Source: Kudoa neothunni
Taxonomy: Eukaryota > Animalia > Cnidaria
Direction: 5' to 3'
Length of the DNA stretch: 64,000 nt
Assembly (NCBI GenBank): GCA_964304625.1
Contig: OZ199838.1
Coordinates: 2,479,329 to 2,543,328, forward strand
Under the pieces are notes generated by a model. It searched no databases and had not been told where the DNA came from. It saw only the letters and a program-made list of their open reading frames with translations. Of the stretch, positions 13,004-27,526 are shown piece by piece. How positions within the stretch are numbered: the stretch's first letter is position 1; each line of letters begins with the position of its first letter. Made by a program: the position numbers and the translations under genes.

Positions 13004-14710
13004 GTGGGTGCGGGAAGAAAGCGCAGAGAAATTGGTAACTATTTGCATGAATGGAGCAATTTGGAAGCGGCTGGAGACTCCCTATGTTGTAAATACCGCA
13101 AGATAATCTTACCATTCCAACAAAATAGAATTCAGGAACACATTGGTTTGCGAAAGCACGTATCCATGAAAACAAGTTTAAATAATACGATTTCCATCAA
13201 AAATATTTTGCGTTATGACAAATCAAACTTGACTGGAATTGAAATGGATTTAGTTAAAATCATCATTTTTGACGGTATTCCATTTAATTCAATCAATAAA
13301 GGTAGTTGTTTCAGATCTTTTATTTGCAAATATTGCCCTGCATCGAGGTCATTATCTGATGGAAGATCTCTTATCGATAGATACCTACCTGCTATATTCC
13401 ATGATTGTGTAAGTGTTATTAAAGCAACGTTGATGGACCTTAGATTTAGCCTGATTATTGATGAATAACCCGGGATAAAGAACAGACCTGTTTTTAATAC
13501 ACTAAGATGCTACTACGATCTTGATTCAAATACGCCAAAAACAATTACGCTCGACTCTTCAAGACTTTTACAGTTTAATTCTGTCGTCGTCACAAATCAG
13601 TTATCAACGATAATAAGACGTTACAACTTATCATGGGATAGCTGCATTGCGATTTTTTCGGATTCGGCATCATATATGAAACAAGTCTTTAAGGAATTCA
13701 AGACAATGTATCCACACATCATATTTATTCCATGCTACTCCCATTTAATTCATCTCGCTGTTCGCAAAGCGATTAATATTCATTTAATGAATATTAAAAA
13801 GTTTCGCATGAATTTTTCAGCTCTTTTAGAAAAAAATATGTTTTTGATTCACCTCAAAAATAATAACTTTGAATGTTTCGACGAAATACCCCCTGTAACC
13901 GATATCCGTTGGTACAACCTCTTTAATTGCTTAAAGCAGATGAAAGAATATTTTACATTTGCTGTCAACTGCCTAGGCCAGATTAAAGATGAAAAATTCG
14001 GCAAGAAATTATAGAATTATTCAAAATAAATCCTAAAAATTTTAATGTTTTGTTTGTTTGGATATGTTGATTGAACTATTTTTGCCTTTTATTGAATATT
14101 CCATGTTTATTGAAACTGGATAAAATTTATGTTTCTGGGGTATATTTGATTGGATAACCGAAGATTTTGGTATTAAAAAAATAATTGTTTTGAAACTCGC
14201 AAAGAAACCCTTGGAATTATTTCCTTTGGTGTTCGAAGTGACATGATAAGAAGAACTGAATGCTTCCGTGATACGATTGTACGAGACCTTCACCAATACA
14301 TATCAAATAGTATCAGCGGATGTTTCCCATCAGTCACCATTCTAGAAACAGTAAAACACTGAAATCCAAACAATAATATATCAATTACAAACATCAATAT
14401 TGAAGACCTTTGTTGTTTAGTTCAGACAACAGATAAACGAAAATTAGAAATAAATATAATTTTCATTGTCAAATTCTCCAAACCTCCACCCAACTTGCTG
14501 ATACTGATTTTTGGACGAAAAGATCAAATGTTTGTCCCCTACTGTCAAAAATTGTTCAAGACTTACTGGCGGTATCCGTATCTTCCATAAGTGAGGAGAG
14601 AGGTTTTTCAAAGATGAATCATATCTTTGGAAAAGACCGGATGAGCTTATCTGATGAGCGCTTAATCATGTTGTCTATTTTAAACTTCAATGAACCATCA
14701 ATACTTTAAC
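13004..14710 (+). mobile_element. Decayed hAT-superfamily transposase (BED/CGGBP1-like zinc finger)
   Basis: Motifs in order: LCCKY...EHIGLRKH zinc finger, LIIDE(stop), FSDSASYM, CYSHLIH (CxxH), TDIRWYN (RW), and the C-terminal dimerisation segment SSISEERGFSKMNHIFGKDRMSLSDERL. Interrupted by stops and frameshifts. TIRs were not identified. Confidence 0.85.
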
Positions 14711-14879
14711 CATTATTGTTGACATTATAGTATTTCGCCGTTTTTTGTGTTTGCAAAATAAACGTCGAAAATTGCATGGTTTACTTATAAACATCTCCAG
14801 TGGAGTATATAAAAAGCGTGAATATGATGAAGAAAGCATAGATCCGATAAAATAAACTTTTTGCGTAATGAGGAGAGCG

Positions 14880-15290
14880 CGAGCGAGATGGGGTTCGACA
14901 TGCGGAGTTACTAAAATACTAAACGTGATATTTGTTACATCAAAAACGGATTGATTAAGGCAAAAATGTGGAAACTGCGGTCTTCAGAGCTTCGTTTCAA
15001 AAACCTTAATTCGATATACTCTCAAGCAAAATAATTAACGTAATTACTCCATAATTTTCTTACATTAAATTTGAATAAGTTAAAGTCCTTAGTGCATTTA
15101 AAGATGAAGAAAAGATTTTAATTGTATTATTTTTCGTAAAAACGTCTATTTTTTAAATACAGAGTGGTCGTTTATTAGTCTAATTCTAATACTTTAGCTT
15201 TCATAGTTTCCAATAAAGAGTTAACGTGATGCATTTCATGCTCATCAAGCAATATCACGCGCGTTACGTCACATGCGTAAAAATATTGAA
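14880..15290. repeat. Dispersed ~400-bp repeat, copy 1 (copy 2 at about 46370-46760)
   Basis: Colinear shared blocks such as ttactaaaatRctaaacgtgatatt, tatactctcaa, taattactccataatt, tagtgcatttaaagRtgaagaaa and cgtctatttt, in the same orientation in both copies. Confidence 0.85.
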
Positions 15291-15510
15291 AAAATTGTGT
15301 ATTACAACCACATGATAACCGATTCAGAGAAAACCAGAAAGGGTTTAGTTCAAAAATAAAAGATATATCCAAAAATATAACGTATCCAATAAATAATGTT
15401 TTTGGCAATGCGATAAGGCCGAAAATATCAATGTTCTGTCTATTCTGCGGAAGATAAATATATATAAACATGTCAAACACATAAAAAACGAGAATATATT
15501 TCAATTGGTA

Positions 15511-15960
15511 ATGAATCAGACTTTAACAAATAGAGGAAAACCTTCAGAAATTATGGATTTTGCATTTGTTATTCGGGAAACAAAGACACCAATGGAATTA
15601 TGCTGTCCTCCACTGAAAAAAGTTAGACGCATTTATAAAATTCAAAAAATTGGATCGCCAAATAATCTCTTAAAGCTGCCCAGTGATTTTTTAATAAGTT
15701 ACGTGCATGGAGTTATTTTTAATAAAGGATTCCTCCAATGTAGCTATTAATGGCAGATAAAACATGAAATACACATAATAAAATGTTCCCAATTTTACGT
15801 TATAAAGGCAATCCAACGTTTATAACTATATCCTGATCGATCTTGAGAATGCAGCTTTTGTTTCTTATAAAAAAATGACAAAAAGAAAAATATATTTTTG
15901 GTCCATTTCATTTTAGGAAATGTATCCTCAGAAACATTTAGAAACTTATTTTTATATTCT
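15511..15960 (+). mobile_element. Decayed Mutator-like (MULE) transposase fragment
   Basis: TNRGKP start, ILIDLENAAFVS (compare DFExAA) and GPFHFRKCILRNI (compare GCxFHFxQxxxRxI). Broken by stops and deletions. Confidence 0.6.
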
Positions 15961-17149
15961 CAAGAATATAGAAATAACTCGGATCTACATATACCAGCCT
16001 TATCAATTATGCCTGATTTTTCCACTCTTGTTCAATGAAAGATTGAATAAGCGCGAAACAGTTTTTTTGTAAAAAATAAAAAGTTCTCTCAAATTCACAG
16101 AAAATGGAATTATCATCGATGTTTTTATTACGAGAATTATTCAAATAGATGATTTTATACCTGGCGCAATGCTTTATTTCAAAGTAAAATATCTGCAATA
16201 GAAATTCACCACCAATGGCAATATATAATTATACATTTTAATAATTATCAAAGCCTACAGAATACAGAAATTGAGGCTAAATAGAAATTGCCAAAAATTT
16301 ATGAAAATAAGCATATTTTTAAATGTTATGTATGCTGCAGTTGAGACTAACATTTTCGATTTTTTCATCATTAATAGCAATGATGTACCCTTTATCATGA
16401 ACAAAAACCTTTTTTAGAATTATGGCGAGGCTTGTTGGAATTCTGAATGTTTGAATTTTAGGAGACTCTGATATTCGTTATGTCCAATGCTAGGTTATCA
16501 TTAAAAGTGTTTTTCCACAATTCTCAAGATTATAATATTAGTTAACACCTGAATAAATTAAAATTTAATTAAATATTATATATTTGATTAATTTTTCTTA
16601 ATTTTAATCGATGAATCATCGCATATATAAATAAAAGCTCATCGCGCTACAGTTTTTTATTCAAACGTCGAGCAGTAATACAGTCATTTGAAAGTAAAGG
16701 AATTGAACTGACTCAAAAACAAAGTTTGATGAATTCATCTATCAATAATTGCATCTTCGAGTGATGTTCATCAGCAAAATAATTTTCATTTCATCGGAAA
16801 ATATTTCACACCTCTATTCTACTTTAACTAATTTTGACTAATGCTTTTAAGGAAAGATTATTTTCTTTCACTAGATCTATCAAAACTATCGGAAGAAATA
16901 AAACATTTTTCTCATCACTAGACACTAGATGGTCTTAATACAATTCGATAATTTTTCAACAAATCCACCAAATGATTAAAAACTTGAAGTTTCAGATTCA
17001 ATTATAAATTTACATACTACTCAAATGTATAATTAAAAAAATATTTCTTCTTTACAAAAAATTCCGATTGGTCCTATTAAGGTTGGTGGAGTTGATTAGA
17101 AATGGCCCTCATCATTATCATTATCATTATATTATGGTGCTCATGAAAT

Positions 17150-17167
17150 CGCATGCGCGGCTATAAG
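17150..17167 (+). promoter_or_regulatory. NRF1-like motif (CGCATGCGC) followed by TATA-like tataag, upstream of NDUFS8
   Basis: cgcatgcgcggctataag lies 13-30 nt before the ATG at 17180. It is a GC-rich motif in very AT-rich DNA, and similar motifs precede two other genes. Confidence 0.4.
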
Positions 17168-17179
17168 ATTTAAACATCG

Positions 17180-18072
<893 letters not shown>

Positions 18073-18245
18073 TTAAAGGTGTACTCAAAAAAACAAATTT
18101 TCAAAAAAAATTATTTTATATTATACAAAAATTTCCAAACTATTTTCATTTGTCATCCAACTTGAATTTTTTCATCAAATCTAAGTTTTGTGATTACTGA
18201 GGGGAAACGGACAAAAATGGGGAGTACCATCAGAAAATAATTGAT

Positions 18246-18670
18246 CTAAGGAGATGCAAGAGACCTTTGATTGGGATTTATTTCTAGTATACAATGTATA
18301 GATAATTTTTCAGGGCGATAATACCTTTTTGTTGGTCGTTTTTTATCAGAATTGACGAGAAGGCGGTCTTTTAGTAGAATAGTGTCGTAATCTAAAGTGA
18401 GACCATGTGAAATTGCTAGAGGATGTTTTTTAAGTCGACGAAGCTTTTTTCGTGCTGAGGAACATATGCTACGGTTTTCAATGGTTTCATCGGAAAAATT
18501 GTAGACTCTATACACAATGAACCAAATCCTCCTTAATAATCTATGTACAATTCTAGATATTGAAACAATCTTTGGTATAGAAAATCTTGTATCGCTTCAA
18601 ACTCCCTACAAAATTTAGTTCATTAAATAGTATCAAAATTTTCGCACTTTTCGTCCTCGTCTTGGCTCAT
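18246..18670 (-). CDS. Small 3-exon hypothetical protein (~115 aa)
   Basis: MSQDEDEK|EFEAIQDFLYQRLFQYLEL|VYNFSDETIENRSICSSARKKLRRLKKH...SLASP*. Two ~41-nt GT-AG introns join the exons in frame. Convergent with NDUFS8. Confidence 0.7.
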
Positions 18671-18991
18671 ATAAAACTTGCTGCGCACGCTTTCCAATGT
18701 TGATTTTTTCTTTCTAACTCTAATATTTCAAGGATTAACTTTTAATATTTTTTTTCGAAATTATTCTGAAAAATAATTATATTAAATTAAATGTTAGTTG
18801 ATGATTCTATCTATTGCCATTATTTTCTTTTTTATGATTATTAGAAAATTAACGAAAGTAAAAATAATATCATTGGAACCAATTCATATAAAATTTATTT
18901 TTTTAATTAGAAAATTTAATAATATATTGTCGAAAGCATCAAAATTTTTACAACTATCAAGAATTATCAAAACAAACTGTTTTATTTATAT

Positions 18992-19998
18992 CTAGCGCGA
19001 GTTGCCCAGCTTCGTACGGGATTGAGAAAATTTCATCATAGAAGAAAACAGTCAAAAAATAAAGAAATATACGACACTTTTGGTTAGCCCTGAGGAGAGA
19101 TTAAATAATTTTTATTAATATCACACTTTTTATGACTGTGATGGGCACAGTAAAAAATTGAGATCATTTTTGAGAGATTATAAAGGTAGAAAAATCTGGA
19201 TAACCCGACAATAATATACCATGACTAATTTTTATTGCTCAAATTAATATTTTTATCCAACACATTTTTATACATTCTTTCCTCAAAACCATTGTATAGC
19301 CTCTTAATATAAACAAAAATTTAAGTAATTAGACAGAGTAAGGTTTCATTCTATGCATTGAATCTTATCATTAAAAATTAAGTTTAATATTCGCAATAAC
19401 GAAATTTGAGGACCTAGTCTCAGTTTGTAGGGATTGAATCCATCTGATTACAACATACGCTTCTAATTATTCATTAATTTAGAAAATTTGCATATTTTTG
19501 CTATATTAAATGTCACCTATAGAACTTTTAAAATGCACTTATCAAGCCAAATATATGAAAAGTTCCAATAATAAGGAGTGTATTTAAACACACATCCAAA
19601 TGGACACGTCTACTTTAAATGTACAGATAGACAAACGATATAAGATGTATCTGGAAATCATGGATATATAGCTTAAGATTGAATCACTAAAAACGTTCAA
19701 AACAATTTGCAGAAGTTCAGTATAGATAAATGTCGCCATGAATAAACAAATATAATCCTATTATCGTAAGAGCGCAAGAGCGTAATCCGCTTACCATAAT
19801 TGACATCGAGGACAGCACAATTTCCTACATTAATTTTGAACTTTACTCAATGCAATATCAAATGAGAGAATTTCTAAATTATCTTAAACTATTAAAAGTT
19901 ACATAAATATCTATCTATAAGAAAAATTTTATGTCGCACCCACGTCTACATACTTAGGGGGACACACATACCGACAGTCCTTCTTTTTATATAAATGA
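18992..19998 (-). mobile_element. Non-autonomous Helitron
   Basis: On the minus strand it starts A|TCATTTATATAAAAAGAAGGACTGTCGGTATGTGTGTC and ends with a GC-rich hairpin-like CCCGTACGAAGCTGGG followed by ...CGCGCTAG, matching the TC...hairpin...CTRR signature. Confidence 0.65.
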
Positions 19999-22495
19999 TT
20001 TATTTAATTGATTTTAAAAAGGATTTTGTAGAAGGATTTTGCAGAAGGAAATAGGGTCAATGTGAATTGACTTTAAACATAATATGGTGGAATTTAAAAA
20101 CTAAAATTTGAACGCTATCAATATAGATGAATAATTTTGTAATTTGATTAATTTAAAAAAATATGATTTATAAATTATATGATTAAGTATTAACAGATAT
20201 TTTCATTGATTTAGTATCATATTTTTTATTCCAGCAATATTATTCATGAGAAAATGTTTTGATATTTTTAATGTAATTTTAACTGAGAAACACCAAAAAT
20301 CTAATTTCAGATAACGCAAAATTCCTATTTATATTACTGATATTGACTTCATAATTAGATTTCTAAAATTAACCTGATATTGGACAAAAGAATAAATATC
20401 GTAGTTTTAACCTAAAATTTTTAAAAGCGTGGCATATAATGAATCTTGAGCCAGATATTCGTGGAACGTATATTTGTGGTAAAACTCTTCCTAAAATATA
20501 ATTAAAAGAAAATATTAAATTGAGAAATGAGTGCTCAATAACTAATTGTCCTAATAATGATTTACTAAGTTATACAAAAATAAATGATTCTTTCTTTTGA
20601 TAAGCAATCTCGCAGTCAATTAACATCCACGGCATATAATATTATTCTTACTCTATTTATTTCACTTTGTGTATAATAAAGAAGTATTTTTTGGTATATT
20701 AATCGGTATCTTATAAAAATTACTTAAATATTTGTGTAAGCCACTTTTTTACCATATATAAAAATAGACAAAAAGTTTTTATCATTAAAATTACAAAAAG
20801 TAAATATATAATGCAATTAAAATATAAAATATTACATTTATTTAATACAATTTAATAAATTAAAATTATGAATTATGTAAAAACATATTTTTTTGATTGA
20901 TTTATAACGTTTAGAAAACTTGTGGAAAAATTGTCTATAAAAAATGCAATTTTTGCAGAAAAATGCGTGATAGTCATTCAAATACATCGGATTAATTGAT
21001 AAAATAAATATATGAACTAGATAAATATTTACTTTTTAATATTAAAAATAAAATTTACTAAAATAAGCAAAAATCATAGGAAGATTTTGCTATAATAATC
21101 TTGAAAAAATTAATAAGATTAATCAAAACAAGTAAAATCAGTAAATGATTCATAAATTTATATACGACGCATAATATTATAGCAAAATTAAAAACTTTTG
21201 GTTAAAATTCGTTATAAATCTCCACATAACAAAAATGCTATTAAGTTTTAAAATTGTATATTTCCTAATGAGTTTTTTGATTTTATAAGTATAAAAGTAA
21301 TAGAATATAATTTATTTATTTGAATTATTTCCTTAATGATAGTTTCTATATCAAATTTCTTTTCCACTGTGAAGATATAATTATAATTTGGTCTAACTCG
21401 CGACTGACTCAGACTTCAAATTTCTCTCTCAATTTAGATTATACCACTTGCTTAACCAGTATATTTCATTTTGTTCAACTTAAACCCAAAAGTTAATATT
21501 TGAGTATTCGAGTCGATTTTTAGGGTCGGTTCACTCACCCGTGATATGTCGTGGAACAAATCACGCGGATATCAAATTTTAATATATTCCAAAATCATTA
21601 TCCAATAACTGTTGTAATTTAATGAAAACTAAGTATATTGATAAGAAAATAACAAAACTATTATATTTTTATTTTACGAACGTTAGTACTTTGTAGGTGA
21701 TACAAAAAGTATTGTTCAAAATAATTAAGGATTTGGCTATATCTAATGTCAAAACTATTAAAATCGTTCCGTTTAGTTTAGAATCTGATCAAAGAAATCG
21801 GCAAATTAGATATTACAGCTAATTCAAATATTTGTTCTAGATTCCACAATTTTTTTATTCTTAGAAGGTAAGACTATTCTCATGCGCAAGCGCCAACAAA
21901 TACATGACTAAATAATTATTATGAAGTTTATAGTCAATTTTGAAATTATGTATTAAGATGAAAAATTAGAATAATCTGATATTTAATTATTCTAAATAGA
22001 ATATTTCCTTCATTAAAATTAACAGCTTGAAATGAAATAATAAAACTAAATAATTATACATTATAATGTTATATCATTTATAATTAATTTGAATAATACA
22101 AAATAGTAATTCTACTACAAAAGATTATATATCAATGAAATATTACACCTAATTTAATATTTACATTTCCATTAACATTTTAAAGTTAGTCATTACAAAA
22201 AATCACTCAATATATTTATTTATTGGCGTATCCAATTTAAAAATTTTATATAATTCATTATTCTTGATAATATATCATCAAACTCTAATTTGCGCAGGCG
22301 CTATTTTAATACATCACAGACTAATTCTATATTACCAAGAGATAATAAATAGTTTGGTATCTCGTTTATGTTTGTTTTATTTAATAAAACTATTATATTA
22401 TTAATGTAAGCAATAATGATACATTCAAGGGTGAATATTTGTTACACTATTCCTCCGGCGCGAGCAGCACATGCCGCCTCCTCTAATTTCCACAT

Positions 22496-25400
22496 ATGAG
22501 CGACCGATGGAATGAATTGGAAAAATTGCTTATCGAAACGAGTATTTATTATAGTATAATATTTGCAAACAATATAATAAATAGGTCAAAAACTTCCCAA
22601 TCCAATCCGATCGAAATGTGTTGGTGATCTCTTTACGCTGGAAGAATTGTCCGCCTATCCAATAGAATTATACGGTACCAATTACCTTGATTTGAACGTG
22701 GCAACCCAAATTTTACACACATTTAATGTGGAAAGTCAAAATAAAAACCGATTAACTTTGGAACCCTTGAATTTGTAATTTTCAATTATATTAAATCTTT
22801 TAAAGTTAGTTTAGGGAGCAATCTGAAGAACAAGGTATCAACAATTGGTTATAATAATCGTTCCTATTATTTTCTATTAGAGATTAAAACATTGTTGGAC
22901 GAGATAAAAGGAATTAATGATAATTCGGGTTTTTCTAAAATATTTCGATTTCAACTATAATAACTAAAATGCGCCTATTTAATATTTAGTTGATTTGTAT
23001 CAAAATATAAAAAAAGCTTTCGAAAGAATTAGAAACTACATTTTTACGAATAAAGATAGCGATAAAGTTCACTTTAATAAATTATTTTAATGATTAAATT
23101 ATTCTAGAATTTTTCCAATGAAATCCTTCCACAAATTATTGTATTCAACGATAAAATTAATGATTATCCTCTTCTTTTTGAGTATTATGATCAGGTGTAT
23201 ATCAGCATAAATTCGAATGAGGCCAACCGCGATCAAATTGCATGGTATTTATTAGTGAAAATAGAGCTTGTTTCCTTCGTACTAAGTTTTTCACACGAAA
23301 ATTCCTGTGAATCTATCGATATTATGCCCATAGTGTCGGTCGGTTGTCAACTGATACAATCTGTGGTGTATTTATTGAATAAGCAGCTAGATTATTGTAA
23401 AAATTTTCTCATCGAAAGCGACGTATCTCTCGAACAGTTGCTAACCAGTTACTATAAACAGCTGGCGTTCTACATCACAGAATTTTGTTCACGCAATATA
23501 CTTTCAGAGAGTACAATATACAGTTGTTTGTTAATGGCTCAACTCGTCATAATTTGTCAGCATCAACTTGGCCAAAATTATTGCTGGTTGACTCAGCTAT
23601 TTGTAATTATGCTGAGCAGGTATCCACAACACTTGGATTTCGTATGGCAGGAGATTATTGGCATGTTGAATAATGACGAATTTCCTCGCCACTTCACCAT
23701 ACAATTGCCTTACGATTTTCTCATCACTCAACCAATTAGATTTCACGATTTTTTTATTTTATCCTCGATCCAGGCATCCATTACACCAACAAGTTACAAC
23801 ACCAACAAACACCTTAACATGAACCCTGTCTCCACTATTCACACTGTTGTGGATTGGTTGTTGGAGAGATATTTTTTTAGACTAATCAGCGCCTCTACAA
23901 TCGAGGATAATAACTCTCAACCGCACACATTTGTTATCTCCTCACTAAAAACTTCGGCTGGTAAAAGAAAATCCAATTCACTCAACAACAGTCCATTTGG
24001 GGGGAAACCTAAAAAAATGGTTTCATTCAGTACGCCCCAAAATAAACAATCAAATAAAGCTCGCAAAATATTATTCCCCAGGTGCGGTAATATTTCGTCA
24101 ACCGGTCTAACAGATGCGACCAACTCAGACACATCCGTCATTGATAGTGTAGAATCGGATTTTGATAATAATTTTAACAACGCGGGATCAATTAATGCTC
24201 TTCAGAATTTCATCGAGACTGTTGTGCTGTTGTCTGATTATCCACAGTTTCCTGGCTGTGTGCCGATTGTGTATTTGTTTGGGCGTGTGTTGTTGGAAAA
24301 GATCCGTGCCAATAATTATACAAATTTGATTGAGAAGACTGTGCTCAACTGCATTCAGTTGATTTTTAAACATATGAATAATTGGGTTGTGTTGAATGAG
24401 TATGCTATTATCTCTCATTCTTCCAACTTTGACAACCACCAACTCAATACTCTTGCGCTTATTTACTATCTCTACGGAAGATGTTACCAAACTTCACCTA
24501 TTAAATTTGATGATAGCTTGTCAAAGTTCATAATGAATAAAGTTTTATTTGATTGTGCAGTTGATGTCTATTTATTCAAATATTATTTCAACACACTGGT
24601 TTCTTCAACCGACAATAACAGTGATTTTAATGCCAAGTTATTTTCAAGTTCAAACGATAGTTTTTTTGATTATTTACAACGCTATGTTAAAAATGACCCA
24701 TCGATTTTGTCAATGTAATTAAGAGTTATTAAAATCTAATTAGATAATTCTCATAATATTTAAATAGGTTGTTTCAAAGTTTGCCTGTAACTAAAGAGAA
24801 AATTCAACAGTTAGTCGGTCATTCAAACGCACATTTGGTTTCTACTTTAAGGTTGGAAGTGTTGATACAAAATGTACGTAGTTTAAATGAGTGAACTTTT
24901 TTGATCAAATAATGAGATTCATATGATCGATATTCGATTTAGTTTGTGCATCTGTTGGAACACAATAATTCGTTAATTCGTTGGAAAACCCTTCAAATGC
25001 TTGATCAACCTCAACTGTTTCACAAAATTTTAATTGAAGACGTATAATTGAATGATGACTTGGTGTGTTGATGTGACTAAATTTATAGATAAAACTAAAA
25101 GAGACTATTCATTCGAGAATATTTGACTCTTGTTGGATGGTGCGATTTCATTGTGTTCAGCTGATTGGTAGCGTCTGCATGGAGCAGAAGGTTGCCGATG
25201 GTTGGATTTCGCAGCTTTTCAATCGAACGTGTGATGTGAAGGTGAAGGTTCGCGCTAAAGCTATCTCTCTGCTTCAAAATATACTAATTTTGAATTTATT
25301 TCCGTCTTTAAATTTTCAGTTGTTTGACCATATTTTACGTCGATTCAATGATGAGTTTTCCATAAAAGTAAGGTGGCTTAAATTATTGAACTAACTTGCA

Positions 25401-27526
25401 TATAGGTTATTGTTTTGAGAATGTTTCAACAATTGCTGACTCCCTGCAACTTTGCTTTATTTTCAAGCTTGTTGGAAATTTACACTACTTTTAATGATAA
25501 TAATAATACTTATATTATTAATAATGATATTACTACCACTAATAATAATAAGTTTGAAAAATCAAACAAAAAATGGATTTACTTTAAGCTGAGAAATATT
25601 TTTGAACAAATGTTACAACCCATTCAAAGATCTAAACAATCCACGGTCGATGTGGATATGGGTCGTAAACTGGATAACACTATTCCTAGTAGTAGACTAG
25701 TTGAGTTTATCGAGTTTTTACTACATTCCATTTCGAAAAATGTTGATGAAAATAGTAGTTTGAGATTGATTTTTATCACTCACATCATTTCTCATGTTTT
25801 GTATAACTGTAAAACTCTTACAGTTAGTTCGAGAATTTTGAATCATATTTTAAATATTCTTAAGTTTTCGGTAAATAATTATTCTGTCCCAATCGAGAAC
25901 AACGTGAGTGATAAAAATTGCTTTGAAAATGAATCTGTCACTACAGTGATTGAAGAGAATTATGAGGACAATAGGGTCACTGATGATACCTATTTTTTTA
26001 ATGACACTCTCTATGCACTGCTCGATTTGTTGTTCATTTACGTCGATCGGGCTGAAACCACTCTACACTCGAATATTTTCGACAAAATTGAAGATTTGCT
26101 GTTGAAATTCATTACCGATAGGAATTTTTCACAAGATTTGGTTGTTTTAAATAAAACTATTCGTGTTTACGCGCTATTATTTCGTTTGAACTGTTATGGA
26201 ATTTCAGCCAAGAAAGCTGGTCGTAATATGCCCAATAGTCTGGTTACTTTCTTCAAACGACATTACAAATCTGTAAAGATGAAACCAAACAACTCTCATC
26301 GTCAATGTGATTCTTCTTCATTGCAACAGCAATCACTTTTTGTGTTTGCGTATTTCTGCCGACATTTTCATGTAGAGCAATTGTCAATTATATTATCGAA
26401 AGTTGAACGTTCGTTAAAATATGACGCGAAATCCATTGTTGAACATATTTTACAACTTTTTATAAAACTTTTGCGAGATAATTCAAATGCAGATAAGAAT
26501 ATAAAAGCCAGTGCTGTTGAATGTGTGTGTTTGGTATTTGATCGGTGGTTCAAATTGGTGACTCACAACCTGGAAATCAAATCCATTTTTGGTGAATACC
26601 TCCAATGGACCAGTCATCCCAAAGTTATTTCAACTATATTAAAATCACTACTGGCGCTGACGAAAAATTACCCTCAGGACGCCTGGTCGAATTATTTGAA
26701 TGTCTACTTGGATGTACTTACCGAGAAAACCATTTCCGACCCAAACCTCACTGTTCGATATTACTCCGTTCAATTGCTGATTGATGCACACCGCAATGAA
26801 CAAATTTCTCTCACTACTTCTATTACAATATTTGTTGCTATCACCATTGCCGATCCAAACATCACTGTCACATTGGAAATGCTGAAAGAACTTTATAAGA
26901 TGGATTCGATTTTTATGTCACTAATGAAAGTGTCAATTGAACGCTCCTTTCAACTGTGGTGTCAAATCAACCCCAGTCATAAGTCTCTTCGGACTTTGTG
27001 TGATGGCGACTATTCGAGAACTAATGGTAATGGAGTCGTAGGTTGCGATGGAAAAAAATCGACTGTGTCGCTCTTTCAACCTATTTTTGATGTCATCTCA
27101 AACAGCGTTGTTTATGACACACAGCACAAATCCAAAGCTACCGCAACAAACAATAATCGAAACCTACTGTTCAAAGTCCTATTATCCTTAATTGAGTCCT
27201 GCGGATGCTTTCAAATGAAACTGTTTATTGTGGAAAATTTGAATACTATCAATCCATTTACCAAAAACGAATTGAGTATGATATATAGATTCTTCGATGT
27301 GCTAACCAACACCACCAACTCCAACAAAGACAGACTCTTGTCATTGCATTGCCAATTGTTTTTCCACAGAAAAATATCCGGCGTCGATAAACCCCAATTC
27401 ACATTGAAATCCAGTTGTATATACGAATCATATGAATCGCAGGCGTCAGAATCAAAAGTAATCAAAGAAATCAAAAATATGGAACTGACCTGTTCAAAAT
27501 TGTTTGACGTGGATTTTCATCTGTGA
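22496..27526 (+). CDS. NIPBL: Cohesin loader NIPBL/Scc2 orthologue, highly divergent (~1500 aa)
   Basis: The HEAT-repeat core IHSRIFDSCWMVRFHCVQLIGSV...FNRTCDVKVKVRAKAISLL...ILRRFNDEFSIK parallels NIPBL VHGRLMDNSTSVREAAVELLGRF...ERILDTGISVRKRVIKIL...MIRRVNDEEGIK. The long exons correspond to ORFs 23195-24718 and 25415-27526. The start codon is tentative. Confidence 0.8.

Noticed and set aside
17110-17133. (atcatt)n microsatellite upstream of NDUFS8
   Set aside because: Only about 3.5 copies, which is unremarkable in AT-rich DNA.
23485-27474. Short antisense and alternative-frame ORFs within NIPBL
   Set aside because: They are shadows of long coding exons.
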